NCBI GenBank assembly: GCA_038869735.1
Contig: JAWCQO010000005.1
Location: 7,538 to 71,537, forward strand
Source of the DNA: Candidatus Anstonellales archaeon
GTDB lineage: Archaea; Micrarchaeota; Micrarchaeia; Anstonellales; CG1-02-47-40
Length of the DNA: 64,000 nt
Reading direction: 5' to 3'
The translations under genes and the position numbers were made by a program. Shown here in pieces: positions 26,615 through 35,002 of the stretch. Every line of letters starts with the position of its first letter. The first letter of the stretch is position 1. The notes under the pieces were generated by a model that had not been told where the DNA came from, ran no database searches, and saw only the letters and a list, made by a program, of their open reading frames with translations.

Positions 26615-29119
26615 TTACATCCCTATTTCAGAAACCTTACGGATTGCGGATGCAAACCCATGCACTGAGGTTATTATTATAATTATCGCGAGATTCGGAA
26701 GAAAAACGGCTTGTGGGAGAAGCAAGGCGAGCGTTTTAAAGGAAACGTGTGGGTCTGCAGCAATATAAAATGAATCAAGAACTTGGCTTGTTAGAGGATA
26801 TGTGTTTGCGAAGAGGGTATAGATTGCTGGAAATATTAAGTAAAGTGAAAAGCAGAGTGCCATAAGATAGTTTCCTGCGGTCCTGGTTGGTGGAAGGACT
26901 CTTAGAAAAATTGCAAAGGATAGGAAGAGTACTATTATTGGTTGGTTTTCTTGAGGGGTGGAAATGAAAAGAAGCCTAAATAGTTCTAACTGGAGTTTTA
27001 TGCTGACTATCATTGGTATGAGCAGGTCTATCATCACTTCCTGGGATTGTGAATACGCTCTCCTGATTGCGTCTTTTGATTCTCCTTTGCCACCTTTAAA
27101 TGGAATGCCAACAAAGAGATAGTTTGTTGCTTTGAGTTGATTAGTAAGACTACCTTCAGTTAGACGTTGAACTTCTGCCGTTCCGATTCTTTGAAGAGAG
27201 TCAAGGTATTTTGTTGAGTAAACGTACATCGTTGTACCTTCCGGGACATTTAAAAATGAGCCTATGACGGCGTTTGAGTTTTCAAGAAAGTTTGTTGCTA
27301 GAATCAAAACGGCAAAAATAGCTGACCAACCAAGATGCACTGCTTCGTCTCTTAGCAATATGTCAAGATGTACATTGCCTCCGAAATATTTTGAGTACAT
27401 AAATGCAAGGGCTATGAGCAGGACGATTAAAAAAAATGCAGAGTGCACCAGTGCAGCGATGTTGCCTGAGCTAGGGCAGTCCTGTTGACAATAGACAGGT
27501 TCTGCTCCTTCACATCTGCCGTTTCCACATTCAAATGATGTTTGGATGCACCTGCAAGAATAGGGGTCGCAACTAAACTTTTCACTACAGTTGTTTTCTA
27601 TTCCAGGATCGCACTCTTCGCCTTGGTCAAGAACTCCGTTTCCACAAAGCATTTGAGGAGGCTGTTTAGTTATTAAAACCTCCTTGCTTTCTTGCGCTGA
27701 GATTATGCTATCTGAATAGATAATCGACGCTTTAAACACCAGTGTTTTTCCTTCTGAGCAGGACTCATAGAGTGGGCATACTATTGACCTTGTTAGTTGT
27801 TGGTCTGCCTGTACTTGTGTAGAGCCACTTAACAGCACTTCGGATGAAGATTCTGAACGGATTACCCACTCCCACTCAAGACTTTGGGGGCTAACACCTT
27901 CTGGAGACGGAATGGTGATCCGTAATGATGGTGATTGTGACTCTGTGGCGGGGTTTGGCGTAATGTCAGAAAGAATTGGAGGGGGATGTTCTGGCACTAA
28001 TTCATCTATAGTAGCTTCGTCAAATGTTTCATTGGAGGTGTAGCGTTCTCCTTGGCCATAAGAAAGAGTTGCATAAAACCTAAGAGTTGAACGATCAGGG
28101 CAACCGTTATCCAGATTGAAGCAGTAGTAGGTTTGATATGAGTAATTTGTTGTTCCTCTTCTGTAGGCCTGTGTTCCTTGATGAATGGTTACACTCATTC
28201 CGTCCGGTTGCGTTAATTCGAAGCGCCAGTTTATAGTGTTGGGCTCAATGATGTTTTCAGGTATTGTGACGATTCCGTTAAAAACGTCTCGGGGATTCGC
28301 ACGTTTTGGTTTAATTGAAACTGATGGTGGGAGGATAGGTTCATAGTATGCATCGTCAGATTGAGAGTAATCAGTGCAAGCATAAACAGAGCATGCCCTT
28401 ACACGAACATGAACGTTTCTTGGTGATGAGGCTGAGCACCCTGGATAGTCTGAGCATCTAAAAGACATTGCTGATTGGCCCTCCATCCATGGAGTTTCAA
28501 AGTCTGGTCCGTCTCCAAGATAGGCAACCCACTTAAATTGATAGATAAAGTTACTTGCGTCTCCCTGTCCGGCAGTGACAAGTTGACATGAGGAGCGGCC
28601 GGATATTTGGTTGCAATAATTTCTATTTGCGACAGTGGCTGAATCTATTCCTGAAGTGTATCCTCTGCATCGAATGTTCCACGGAGGTCCACTTTCGCCT
28701 TCAAGCCCTTCATCTGGGACACAAGAGTTTGAGTTTACATCCCAGTGACAACCGGCGGGTTGCTCTTGAAGAAAATAAGGAGCGTTATAATCGCTATATT
28801 GGGCACTCAAAGAATTACAATTATTTTGGTTTAGGATACTGCATCTTGCTTGTGAATTTTGAGCTCCCTGAGCAAGCTGGCATAATCTGCTGGCAAAATA
28901 ACTCCCTGCTCGGCAGCCTCCGCTCCAGTCATTGCTTATGCTAACTGTTGTTGAATACGAAGGAATTGAAATTAGTGTGAGCTCTGGTTTTTCTGGAATG
29001 CCGGACACAACATTACCGCCTGCACCCTCGTCATCATCACCGATTATGCAATTTTGTGACATAAGAAATTGAGCAGCAAATACTAGAAAGAGCAGGATGA
29101 AACTATAGGGGCTTTTCAT
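26615..29119 (-). CDS. Paralog P2 (834 aa). It has a signal peptide, an about 520-aa Cys-rich N-terminal ectodomain ending in CGNGVLDQGEECD, and the 5-TM core.
   Basis: LCGNGVLDQGEECDPGIENNC. Core AIFLRVLPPTRTAGNYLMALCFSLYLIFP. Tail SAIRKVSEIGM. Confidence 0.7.
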   Translation of the reverse strand: MKSPYSFILLFLVFAAQFLMSQNCIIGDDDEGAGGNVVSGIPEKPELTLISIPSYSTTVSISNDWSGGCRAGSYFASRLCQLAQGAQNSQARCSILNQNNCNSLSAQYSDYNAPYFLQEQPAGCHWDVNSNSCVPDEGLEGESGPPWNIRCRGYTSGIDSATVANRNYCNQISGRSSCQLVTAGQGDASNFIYQFKWVAYLGDGPDFETPWMEGQSAMSFRCSDYPGCSASSPRNVHVRVRACSVYACTDYSQSDDAYYEPILPPSVSIKPKRANPRDVFNGIVTIPENIIEPNTINWRFELTQPDGMSVTIHQGTQAYRRGTTNYSYQTYYCFNLDNGCPDRSTLRFYATLSYGQGERYTSNETFDEATIDELVPEHPPPILSDITPNPATESQSPSLRITIPSPEGVSPQSLEWEWVIRSESSSEVLLSGSTQVQADQQLTRSIVCPLYESCSEGKTLVFKASIIYSDSIISAQESKEVLITKQPPQMLCGNGVLDQGEECDPGIENNCSEKFSCDPYSCRCIQTSFECGNGRCEGAEPVYCQQDCPSSGNIAALVHSAFFLIVLLIALAFMYSKYFGGNVHLDILLRDEAVHLGWSAIFAVLILATNFLENSNAVIGSFLNVPEGTTMYVYSTKYLDSLQRIGTAEVQRLTEGSLTNQLKATNYLFVGIPFKGGKGESKDAIRRAYSQSQEVMIDLLIPMIVSIKLQLELFRLLFISTPQENQPIIVLFLSFAIFLRVLPPTRTAGNYLMALCFSLYLIFPAIYTLFANTYPLTSQVLDSFYIAADPHVSFKTLALLLPQAVFLPNLAIIIIITSVHGFASAIRKVSEIGM

Positions 29120-31162
29120 TTATATCAACCTATAAAGACCAATTATTCTGGTATCGCCTCCAAGAACTTCTGATGTGCCTTTGGTCATTACGACCGTTAT
29201 AAAAACTGTTAAGAGGATGGATATTAGCGCATTTGTGTAAAAGCCAGATATTAGATGTAGAACTGATTCAAGAGGGGAGTAATAGTCTGAAATGAGCTCT
29301 GATTGAGATATTGCTGCATAGTTATAGAGTGCTGGCCCAAATGGAAGCGGGAATCCCTGCACAATTGCAAGGTAAGTTAGCTTTACTATGTTCGCACATG
29401 AAAAGAAGCCGCCTGCAGTGGCAGGATTTGACAGAAGAATACTACATATGAGCCACTCATAGAAGTCTTCTCCGGGTAAAACGAACAGCGCAAATGTAGA
29501 TGAACACACTAAACTTTGTGCTGGTGGACTACCGGGATCAAAATCAGTTGCATTTTTTATTGAGTTTAGGTCTAAGTTTGTTTGTGTATAGGCCCATGAG
29601 GCAAAAACGATACTGGCAGGAAACCAAAGATATGCTCCAATACACACAGCAATAAGGGTAGTACCTACCCTTCTTGTTAATGGAAATGTTCTTAGGGCAA
29701 ACGCAGCTGGTAGAAGAAGTGTTGGGATTGTTGATGAGAAAAAGTAAAGAAGCATTTTTTGTATTGAAAAGGCATATATTATTTTTGATAAATTATCCAA
29801 AGCTTGGAGGATGCTTGAGGTTAGGATAGATAGTCCAGCTGATGGAGAACGGGATATAAATTTATTTGAGTAAAACGGAATAAGTGGAGTGCTTAATGAA
29901 TAAGAAAAACTTGAAATCTTTGAAATGTAAAAGTTTACTTCAGCCAGATAGTTTATTGAATTTCTCGAATTCTGGATAAAGTAATCAATGTGAGAAATCG
30001 CAGCTGAAGTCATATCTGGAGAACCCGTAATCGCACTTGCAAATGTCTCTATTCCAGCTATAGCAATAATGGTGGCAATTATTAATGCTGCACTTGCAAA
30101 AACCTCTCTAAATTCTGATTTTGACCAAACGTGGAGTTGGATTGAGTTGGTAAATTCTGCAAGCATATAGGCAATGGCTGAAATTACGACGGCTGCAAAA
30201 AGACCTATTAGGATTATTGGTGAAATAGCGATTTGGACTGCATTGCCAAATAGGCGCGGGGCTGAAACGCACTGGCAACTTTCACAAATAAAGGCGTCTG
30301 CACATTGGTTGGTGTATTCACACTGTTCGTTTTCTTCGTCAATTATTCCGTTTCCACAATAAGGTGGGTTTGCTCTAGCCACTTCATTTACTGACACACA
30401 AGAACAGGAGAAGCATCTCTGACCGACTTGGCAGTCTGCATCTGAATCGCACTCTTCGCCTTGGTCAAGAACTCCGTTTCCACAGCTGGATGTGAAAGTA
30501 TAGGGATTGAAATCTCTAATTGATTCACATGTGCAATTTTGAGAGCATGTGTAGCCTGGAGCACAATTGTTTGTGTTTATGTCGCATTCCTCTCCAGCAT
30601 CTAAAAATCCATCACCGCACTGTGGTCCAAAAGCTATCTGTTCGGCTGTTGGGCTGCATTGGTTATTTAGGCAGGAATATCCTGCTTTACAATCAGCATT
30701 TGTTAGGCATGATGTTTTGCATGTGCAAGATTGCGAGCAGACGTATGCGCCACAGTTGAGGTTTTGTTCTTTGTCGCATTCCTCTCCAGCATCTAAAAAT
30801 CCATCACCGCATACTGGAAGGGAAGATACGCACTGGCAACTTAGAGGATCGCAGAGTTGTCCGCTTTTGCAGATTATTTTAGAATCAGCCGGGTCACACT
30901 GTTCCCGTCCCGTAATTTTTCCGTCGCCGCATACTGAGTTATCCTGTACGCACTGGCATCCGGGGTTACAGTAAAAGCCGAATGGGCAATCGCTGTGAAT
31001 TTCGCATTGCTCTTGTGGTTGCTCGACTATTCCGTTTCCGCATATGTGAGCAGGGGGGCTACTTTGAGCAAAGAAAACTCCGCTTGAAAGGAGAAGAGTG
31101 AAAAATAGTATGGCGAATATGGAGCGCTTGTCAAAAATCACAAAGCCAAGCATCATAAACAC
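29120..31162 (-). CDS. Paralog P1 (680 aa), first gene of the operon. It has a signal peptide, six DUF4215-like Cys-rich repeats in the N-terminal ectodomain, and the 5-TM core.
   Basis: Repeats CGNGIVEQPQEQCE, CGDGKITGREQCD, CGDGFLDAGEECD x2, CGNGVLDQGEECD, CGNGIIDEENEQCE. Core FALRTFPLTRRVGTTLIAVCIGAYLWFP. Tail LGGDTRIIGLYRLI. Confidence 0.7.
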   Translation of the reverse strand: MFMMLGFVIFDKRSIFAILFFTLLLSSGVFFAQSSPPAHICGNGIVEQPQEQCEIHSDCPFGFYCNPGCQCVQDNSVCGDGKITGREQCDPADSKIICKSGQLCDPLSCQCVSSLPVCGDGFLDAGEECDKEQNLNCGAYVCSQSCTCKTSCLTNADCKAGYSCLNNQCSPTAEQIAFGPQCGDGFLDAGEECDINTNNCAPGYTCSQNCTCESIRDFNPYTFTSSCGNGVLDQGEECDSDADCQVGQRCFSCSCVSVNEVARANPPYCGNGIIDEENEQCEYTNQCADAFICESCQCVSAPRLFGNAVQIAISPIILIGLFAAVVISAIAYMLAEFTNSIQLHVWSKSEFREVFASAALIIATIIAIAGIETFASAITGSPDMTSAAISHIDYFIQNSRNSINYLAEVNFYISKISSFSYSLSTPLIPFYSNKFISRSPSAGLSILTSSILQALDNLSKIIYAFSIQKMLLYFFSSTIPTLLLPAAFALRTFPLTRRVGTTLIAVCIGAYLWFPASIVFASWAYTQTNLDLNSIKNATDFDPGSPPAQSLVCSSTFALFVLPGEDFYEWLICSILLSNPATAGGFFSCANIVKLTYLAIVQGFPLPFGPALYNYAAISQSELISDYYSPLESVLHLISGFYTNALISILLTVFITVVMTKGTSEVLGGDTRIIGLYRLI

Positions 31163-31192
31163 TAGACATAATTAATTTAAATTGATTTCTAA

Positions 31193-32173
31193 GTGAGAAA
31201 TTTTCTGATGCGGATTGGAGATATTCTAATTGATGGATGGCTCGTTCTTGCCCCTATGGCTGGAAAAACAGATATTGCGTTTAGGCATCTGTGCAAAGAA
31301 TTAGGGGCTTCATTGGTATTTTGTGAATTTGCAAGTGCCGAGGGCATATTGAGAAATGAGGAATACGCTCTTCGAGTGATGAGAACTGAAGAATCAGAGC
31401 GTCCGGTCGGAGTGCAAATATTTGGGGAAGGTGCTAAAAGGATGGGAGAGGCTTGTAGAAAAATAAATGAGCTGAAAGAGCACGGGAGAATCTGCCCTGA
31501 CATTCTTGACATAAATTTTGGATGTCCTGGAAAAAATGTTATGAGGTGTGGTGCTGGAGCTGCCCTTCTTAAAAATAAAGAAGAGATTAAGAGAATACTT
31601 AACGCATGTATTGAAAATTCAAAAATACCAATCAGTGCAAAAATTAGAATAGACGGAGGGGTAGAAAGAACTATTGAAATTGCAAAGGAAATTGAGGATT
31701 GTGGTGCTTTTGCTCTGACCGTTCATGCAAGGACTATCGCTGGTGGAAAGAAAAGAAATTCGGTGCAGTGGGAGGTTATAAAAAGGGTGAAGGAGAGCGT
31801 GAATATTCAAGTTATAGGTAATGGGGGAGTCATTAGCTGGAAAGATGCAATTCGTATGCGCAACTTGACTGGATGCGATGCTGTAATGGTTGCGCGGGGT
31901 GCGTTGTATGATCCATTTATATTTCTGAAAGCTTCATCCGTCAAAATAACGAGCAAAGAAATTGAGAATCCTGAAAGGGTAAAGTATGAGAGGATGAGCG
32001 CTTTGAAAAGATATGTTGAACTTTCACAAAAGTTTGGGATTTTGAACCTGCAAAGTGTCAGGTCGCATGCACTAGATTTTTGCTTTGGGCTTGAGAGAGC
32101 TAGAGAAATGCGTGAGAAGATATCAAAGGCAGGCGATATAGATGATATTGTCAGGGTTTTTGGGGAAATTTAA
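31193..32173 (+). CDS. dus: tRNA-dihydrouridine synthase (Dus family, TIM barrel). The start is probably the ATG at 31208.
   Basis: LAPMAGKTD, NFGCPGKNVMRCGAGAALLKN, and a catalytic-Cys-containing loop. Confidence 0.8.
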   Translation: MRNFLMRIGDILIDGWLVLAPMAGKTDIAFRHLCKELGASLVFCEFASAEGILRNEEYALRVMRTEESERPVGVQIFGEGAKRMGEACRKINELKEHGRICPDILDINFGCPGKNVMRCGAGAALLKNKEEIKRILNACIENSKIPISAKIRIDGGVERTIEIAKEIEDCGAFALTVHARTIAGGKKRNSVQWEVIKRVKESVNIQVIGNGGVISWKDAIRMRNLTGCDAVMVARGALYDPFIFLKASSVKITSKEIENPERVKYERMSALKRYVELSQKFGILNLQSVRSHALDFCFGLERAREMREKISKAGDIDDIVRVFGEI

Positions 32174-32188
32174 GTTATTGCTTTTTGA

Positions 32189-32770
32189 TTATTTTGAAGG
32201 TGGCTTTGAGGCATAGTTTTTTAATACTCTGGTAAGGTGTAACAATGTTTTTCTTACGTCATTTTCGGACTGACAGCCAGTGCAGATTATCTTGCCGTTT
32301 TTAAAAAGAAGGAGAGAGGATTTTGGATTTTTGAATTTTAGGATTGCGCCTGGGAATTGCTCGGGTTCGTATTCTACGTCCTCTACTTCCGCAGCTATTG
32401 AATAAAGGTCAAGGTAAACGCCAAGTGATGCTGAAGCAACGATATTTTCTATCTTGAATTTTGGTTTTGCGTGTGTTTGTGGAGTTGTTTTTGCGTATGG
32501 TTTTAAAAGGTTCATTGTTCTGTTGACTGTTGTTTGGACTTGGGATTCTGACTGACAGCCCGTGCAGATTATCTTGCCGTTTTTAAAAAGAAGGAGAGAG
32601 GATTTTGGTTCTTTTAGCTTCAGGATTGCGCCTGGGAATTGCTCGGGTTCGTATTCTACTCCAGGTATTTTAAATGCTATAGAATAGAGGTCAAGCTCTA
32701 TGTTGAGGTTTGCGCTTGCGACAATGTTTTCTATCTTGAATTTTGGTTTTGGTATTCTTATTCCACTCAT
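32189..32770 (-). CDS. tbp: TATA-box binding protein
   Basis: Two direct repeats KFKIENIVASA.L...LDLYSIA....VEYEPEQFPGAILK...SSLLLFKNGKIICTGCQSE. Confidence 0.85.
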   Translation of the reverse strand: MSGIRIPKPKFKIENIVASANLNIELDLYSIAFKIPGVEYEPEQFPGAILKLKEPKSSLLLFKNGKIICTGCQSESQVQTTVNRTMNLLKPYAKTTPQTHAKPKFKIENIVASASLGVYLDLYSIAAEVEDVEYEPEQFPGAILKFKNPKSSLLLFKNGKIICTGCQSENDVRKTLLHLTRVLKNYASKPPSK

Positions 32771-32922
32771 CTCAACACAACACCTGCTACTTTGAAAACA
32801 TTTTTAAATAGGTATATTTTGGATGACGGCTTTAAAAAGGTATATATATCAATTTATAATGGAGCTATCAATAGCATGACGCCTTTGAGCTATAGGTAGT
32901 GTTGAGTTTAGTGGGTGATTTG

Positions 32923-33201
32923 ATGGCAAAGATGTCAAAAGGGTTGCTTAGAAGGAAAACGCGTGCCCTTGGAAGGTCATCAAAAAGACTCAGCATAAAC
33001 CGTGTTGTCAAGACATATGGGATTGGAGACCGGGTAGTTATAAAAATAAATGCGCGATATGGCGGCGCCCCTAACCCGCGGTTTAATGGTAAGGCAGGAA
33101 TGATTGTAGGGAAAAGGGGTAAAGGATGTGTTGTTAGAATAAAGGATATAGAAAAAGAAAAAGAATTAGTCGTCTTACCTATGCATCTTCAGGCTCGGTA
33201 A
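32923..33201 (+). CDS. rpl21e: Ribosomal protein L21e
   Basis: SKGLLRRKTRAL ... GDRVVIKINA..GAPNPRFNGKAGMIVGKRGKGCVV ... LPMHLQ. Confidence 0.8.
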   Translation: MAKMSKGLLRRKTRALGRSSKRLSINRVVKTYGIGDRVVIKINARYGGAPNPRFNGKAGMIVGKRGKGCVVRIKDIEKEKELVVLPMHLQAR

Positions 33202-33237
33202 GTTAGTTTAGTTAAACTTTGTGTTGGGGGTATTTCT

Positions 33238-33681
33238 GTGATAGGAAAAAACATAAAGTCAAAAACACCACTATGCCTTGCAGAAGTAAAGGAAATTTTG
33301 GATAGTAGAAAGAAAGATGGAGAGTTCGGATTTGAGCAAAAGGCGTCTTATGATTATTGCGAGAAGTTTTGTCACCTTAGTCTAGAGGACGCAAAAGGTC
33401 TTTTGGAAGAACTAGGGAAAGTTGAGAAGCTAAACGAAGAAGCAAGGATAAAGATAGTGGATATATTGCCAGAATATGCGTCTCAAATTCGGCTCATTTG
33501 TCAGAAGGCAAAGGTAGAGTTAAGCGAAAATGAAGTTGAGAAAATATTAAACATTGTAAAAAAGTATTTGGAAGTTGCAGATAAAAGTAGAAAAGTAGAA
33601 AAAGATGAGCAAAAGATTTCTGAATCTGAAAAGGGAGAAGATGAAAAAAAGAAAAAGAGTCAAAAGAAGAAAGGGAAGTGA
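33238..33681 (+). CDS. rpoF: RNA polymerase subunit Rpo4/F with a K/E-rich C-terminal tail
   Basis: MIGKNIKSK..LAEVKEIL..YDYCEKFCHLSLEDAKGLLEEL..IKIVDILPEYASQIRLI resembles M. jannaschii RpoF. It follows L21e, the conserved gene order. Confidence 0.7.
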   Translation: MIGKNIKSKTPLCLAEVKEILDSRKKDGEFGFEQKASYDYCEKFCHLSLEDAKGLLEELGKVEKLNEEARIKIVDILPEYASQIRLICQKAKVELSENEVEKILNIVKKYLEVADKSRKVEKDEQKISESEKGEDEKKKKSQKKKGK

Positions 33682-34278
33682 GTGTTATATTGGTTGTGGT
33701 TGTTGCTTATGGGAGAAATGGAGGAATGGGCTTACGTTCTTGATTTTATGCCGCAGGGGATGGCTGCTTCTCGAGAAGCCGAACCGTTGGCACAGGTTAT
33801 TGGAACAAAGTTTTTCACCTTACTTGAAGTTATTCTGAAGCCGGGAGTTGCGGTTTCTATTGAATCAAAGGTTTATGTGGGGCGAGACAAACGCGTAGAG
33901 GTTGATAGGATAAAAAGAAGAATTGGTGTCCGAGAACTAACAAATACTGCAAAGACAGAGCTGCATCCGGTTTTGAAAAAAATTGTGCAGGAAAGAGAAA
34001 AGGATTTTGTACAGTTCTTTAACAAGTGCGGTCCTATATCAATAAGACTGCACCAACTTGAGCTTCTTCCGGGGGTTGGAAAAAAGCATATGGAGCAGAT
34101 ATTGGAGGAGAGGGAGTTGAGGGGATTTGAGACCTTTGCTGATATAAGAAACAGAGTGACCTTGCTTAGTGACCCATTAAATATAATTGTTACAAGGATC
34201 GCGCGGGAGTTAGAGGGCGTTGAAAAATACTATCTTTTTGTAAAGCCTCCTCTATCGTCAAAGAAAGGATTATATTAA
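33682..34278 (+). CDS. DUF655 (COG1491) HhH-containing RNA-binding protein. The true start is probably MEEWAYVLDF.
   Basis: EEWAYVLDFMPQG ... LELLPGVGKKHMEQILEERE. This is the conserved L21e-RpoF-DUF655 triad. Confidence 0.7.
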   Translation: MLYWLWLLLMGEMEEWAYVLDFMPQGMAASREAEPLAQVIGTKFFTLLEVILKPGVAVSIESKVYVGRDKRVEVDRIKRRIGVRELTNTAKTELHPVLKKIVQEREKDFVQFFNKCGPISIRLHQLELLPGVGKKHMEQILEERELRGFETFADIRNRVTLLSDPLNIIVTRIARELEGVEKYYLFVKPPLSSKKGLY

Positions 34279-34308
34279 AAAGAAAAGGGGATATTTTTTA
34301 GTGTTGGT

Positions 34309-34455
34309 GGGCCCGTAGCGCAACGGATAGCGCGCTTGGCTTCGGTCACAATTGAGCCTGAAAGTGGAAGAAACCAAGAGGTTGCGGGTTCGAATCAGCT
34401 GATGTTAGGACTTTGACATTGCCTAAGCATAACTGTGACAATCCCGTCGGGCCCG
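34309..34455 (+). tRNA. tRNA-Arg (UCG) with two introns: canonical 37/38 (about 34346-34372) and T-loop (about 34396-34442)
   Basis: Acceptor GGGCCCG/CGGGCCC+G, D-arm GCGC-AACGGAUA-GCGC, anticodon stem CUUGG/CCAAG with loop CUUCGG[intron]A, T-stem GCGGG/CCCGU with UUCGAAU interrupted. Confidence 0.75.
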
Positions 34456-34498
34456 TTATTTGGCTTAGGCATCATTTGGTTTAGAAGGTGGGGGGAGG

Positions 34499-35002
34499 AT
34501 GTCGGCAGGCAGAAGGAGGATTAAATCGGTTTGCGCTTTTATCTTTTTCTTTGTTTTGGTTGGGTTATTTTATGGTCTTGAGCTTTTGGTTTCCAATGCC
34601 ACTGTTGGAAAGGACATTTATGTTTTAGTTTATGAGGAAAGAGGCGAGTTGTTTGATGGGGTGGGGAAGGCTCAAACTCCAACGGGCGCTGAAATTTTTT
34701 TTGAATTATATCATGGGCAGGGGAGAATAAATGCTAGTGAGGTTGGTAGGTGGGAGATCTGGGTTGGGGAAGAAAAAAGAGATGTGTTTGTCTTTGACGA
34801 GAAGCCGCGAACGAGGGTGTTTGAGGGGCAAGCCGATTTTTTTCTTCTTTTTTCTTTTTTGCTTGCACTTGTAGTTGTATTTGGGTTTTTAGGTGTCGTT
34901 TTTATTTGTAGAAAGCTTGTTTTGGAAGAAGAGAGAGTGGATTTGATTAGGGAAACGCGAAAGCGAACACTTGGTAGGGAGGAAGCAGGACGTGGCAGAT
35001 AA
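34499..35002 (+). CDS. Hypothetical membrane protein (2 TM)
   Basis: Hydrophobic N-terminal and central segments. Confidence 0.4.
   Translation: MSAGRRRIKSVCAFIFFFVLVGLFYGLELLVSNATVGKDIYVLVYEERGELFDGVGKAQTPTGAEIFFELYHGQGRINASEVGRWEIWVGEEKRDVFVFDEKPRTRVFEGQADFFLLFSFLLALVVVFGFLGVVFICRKLVLEEERVDLIRETRKRTLGREEAGRGR

Noticed and set aside
17027-30974. Plus-strand ORFs of 60-150 aa antisense to the large minus-strand operon genes, for example 18056-18496, 28588-28944 and 30567-30974
   Set aside because: They are embedded antisense within long, well-supported coding regions. The 30567-30974 ORF simply mirrors the internal Cys-repeat duplication. No independent signals support them.
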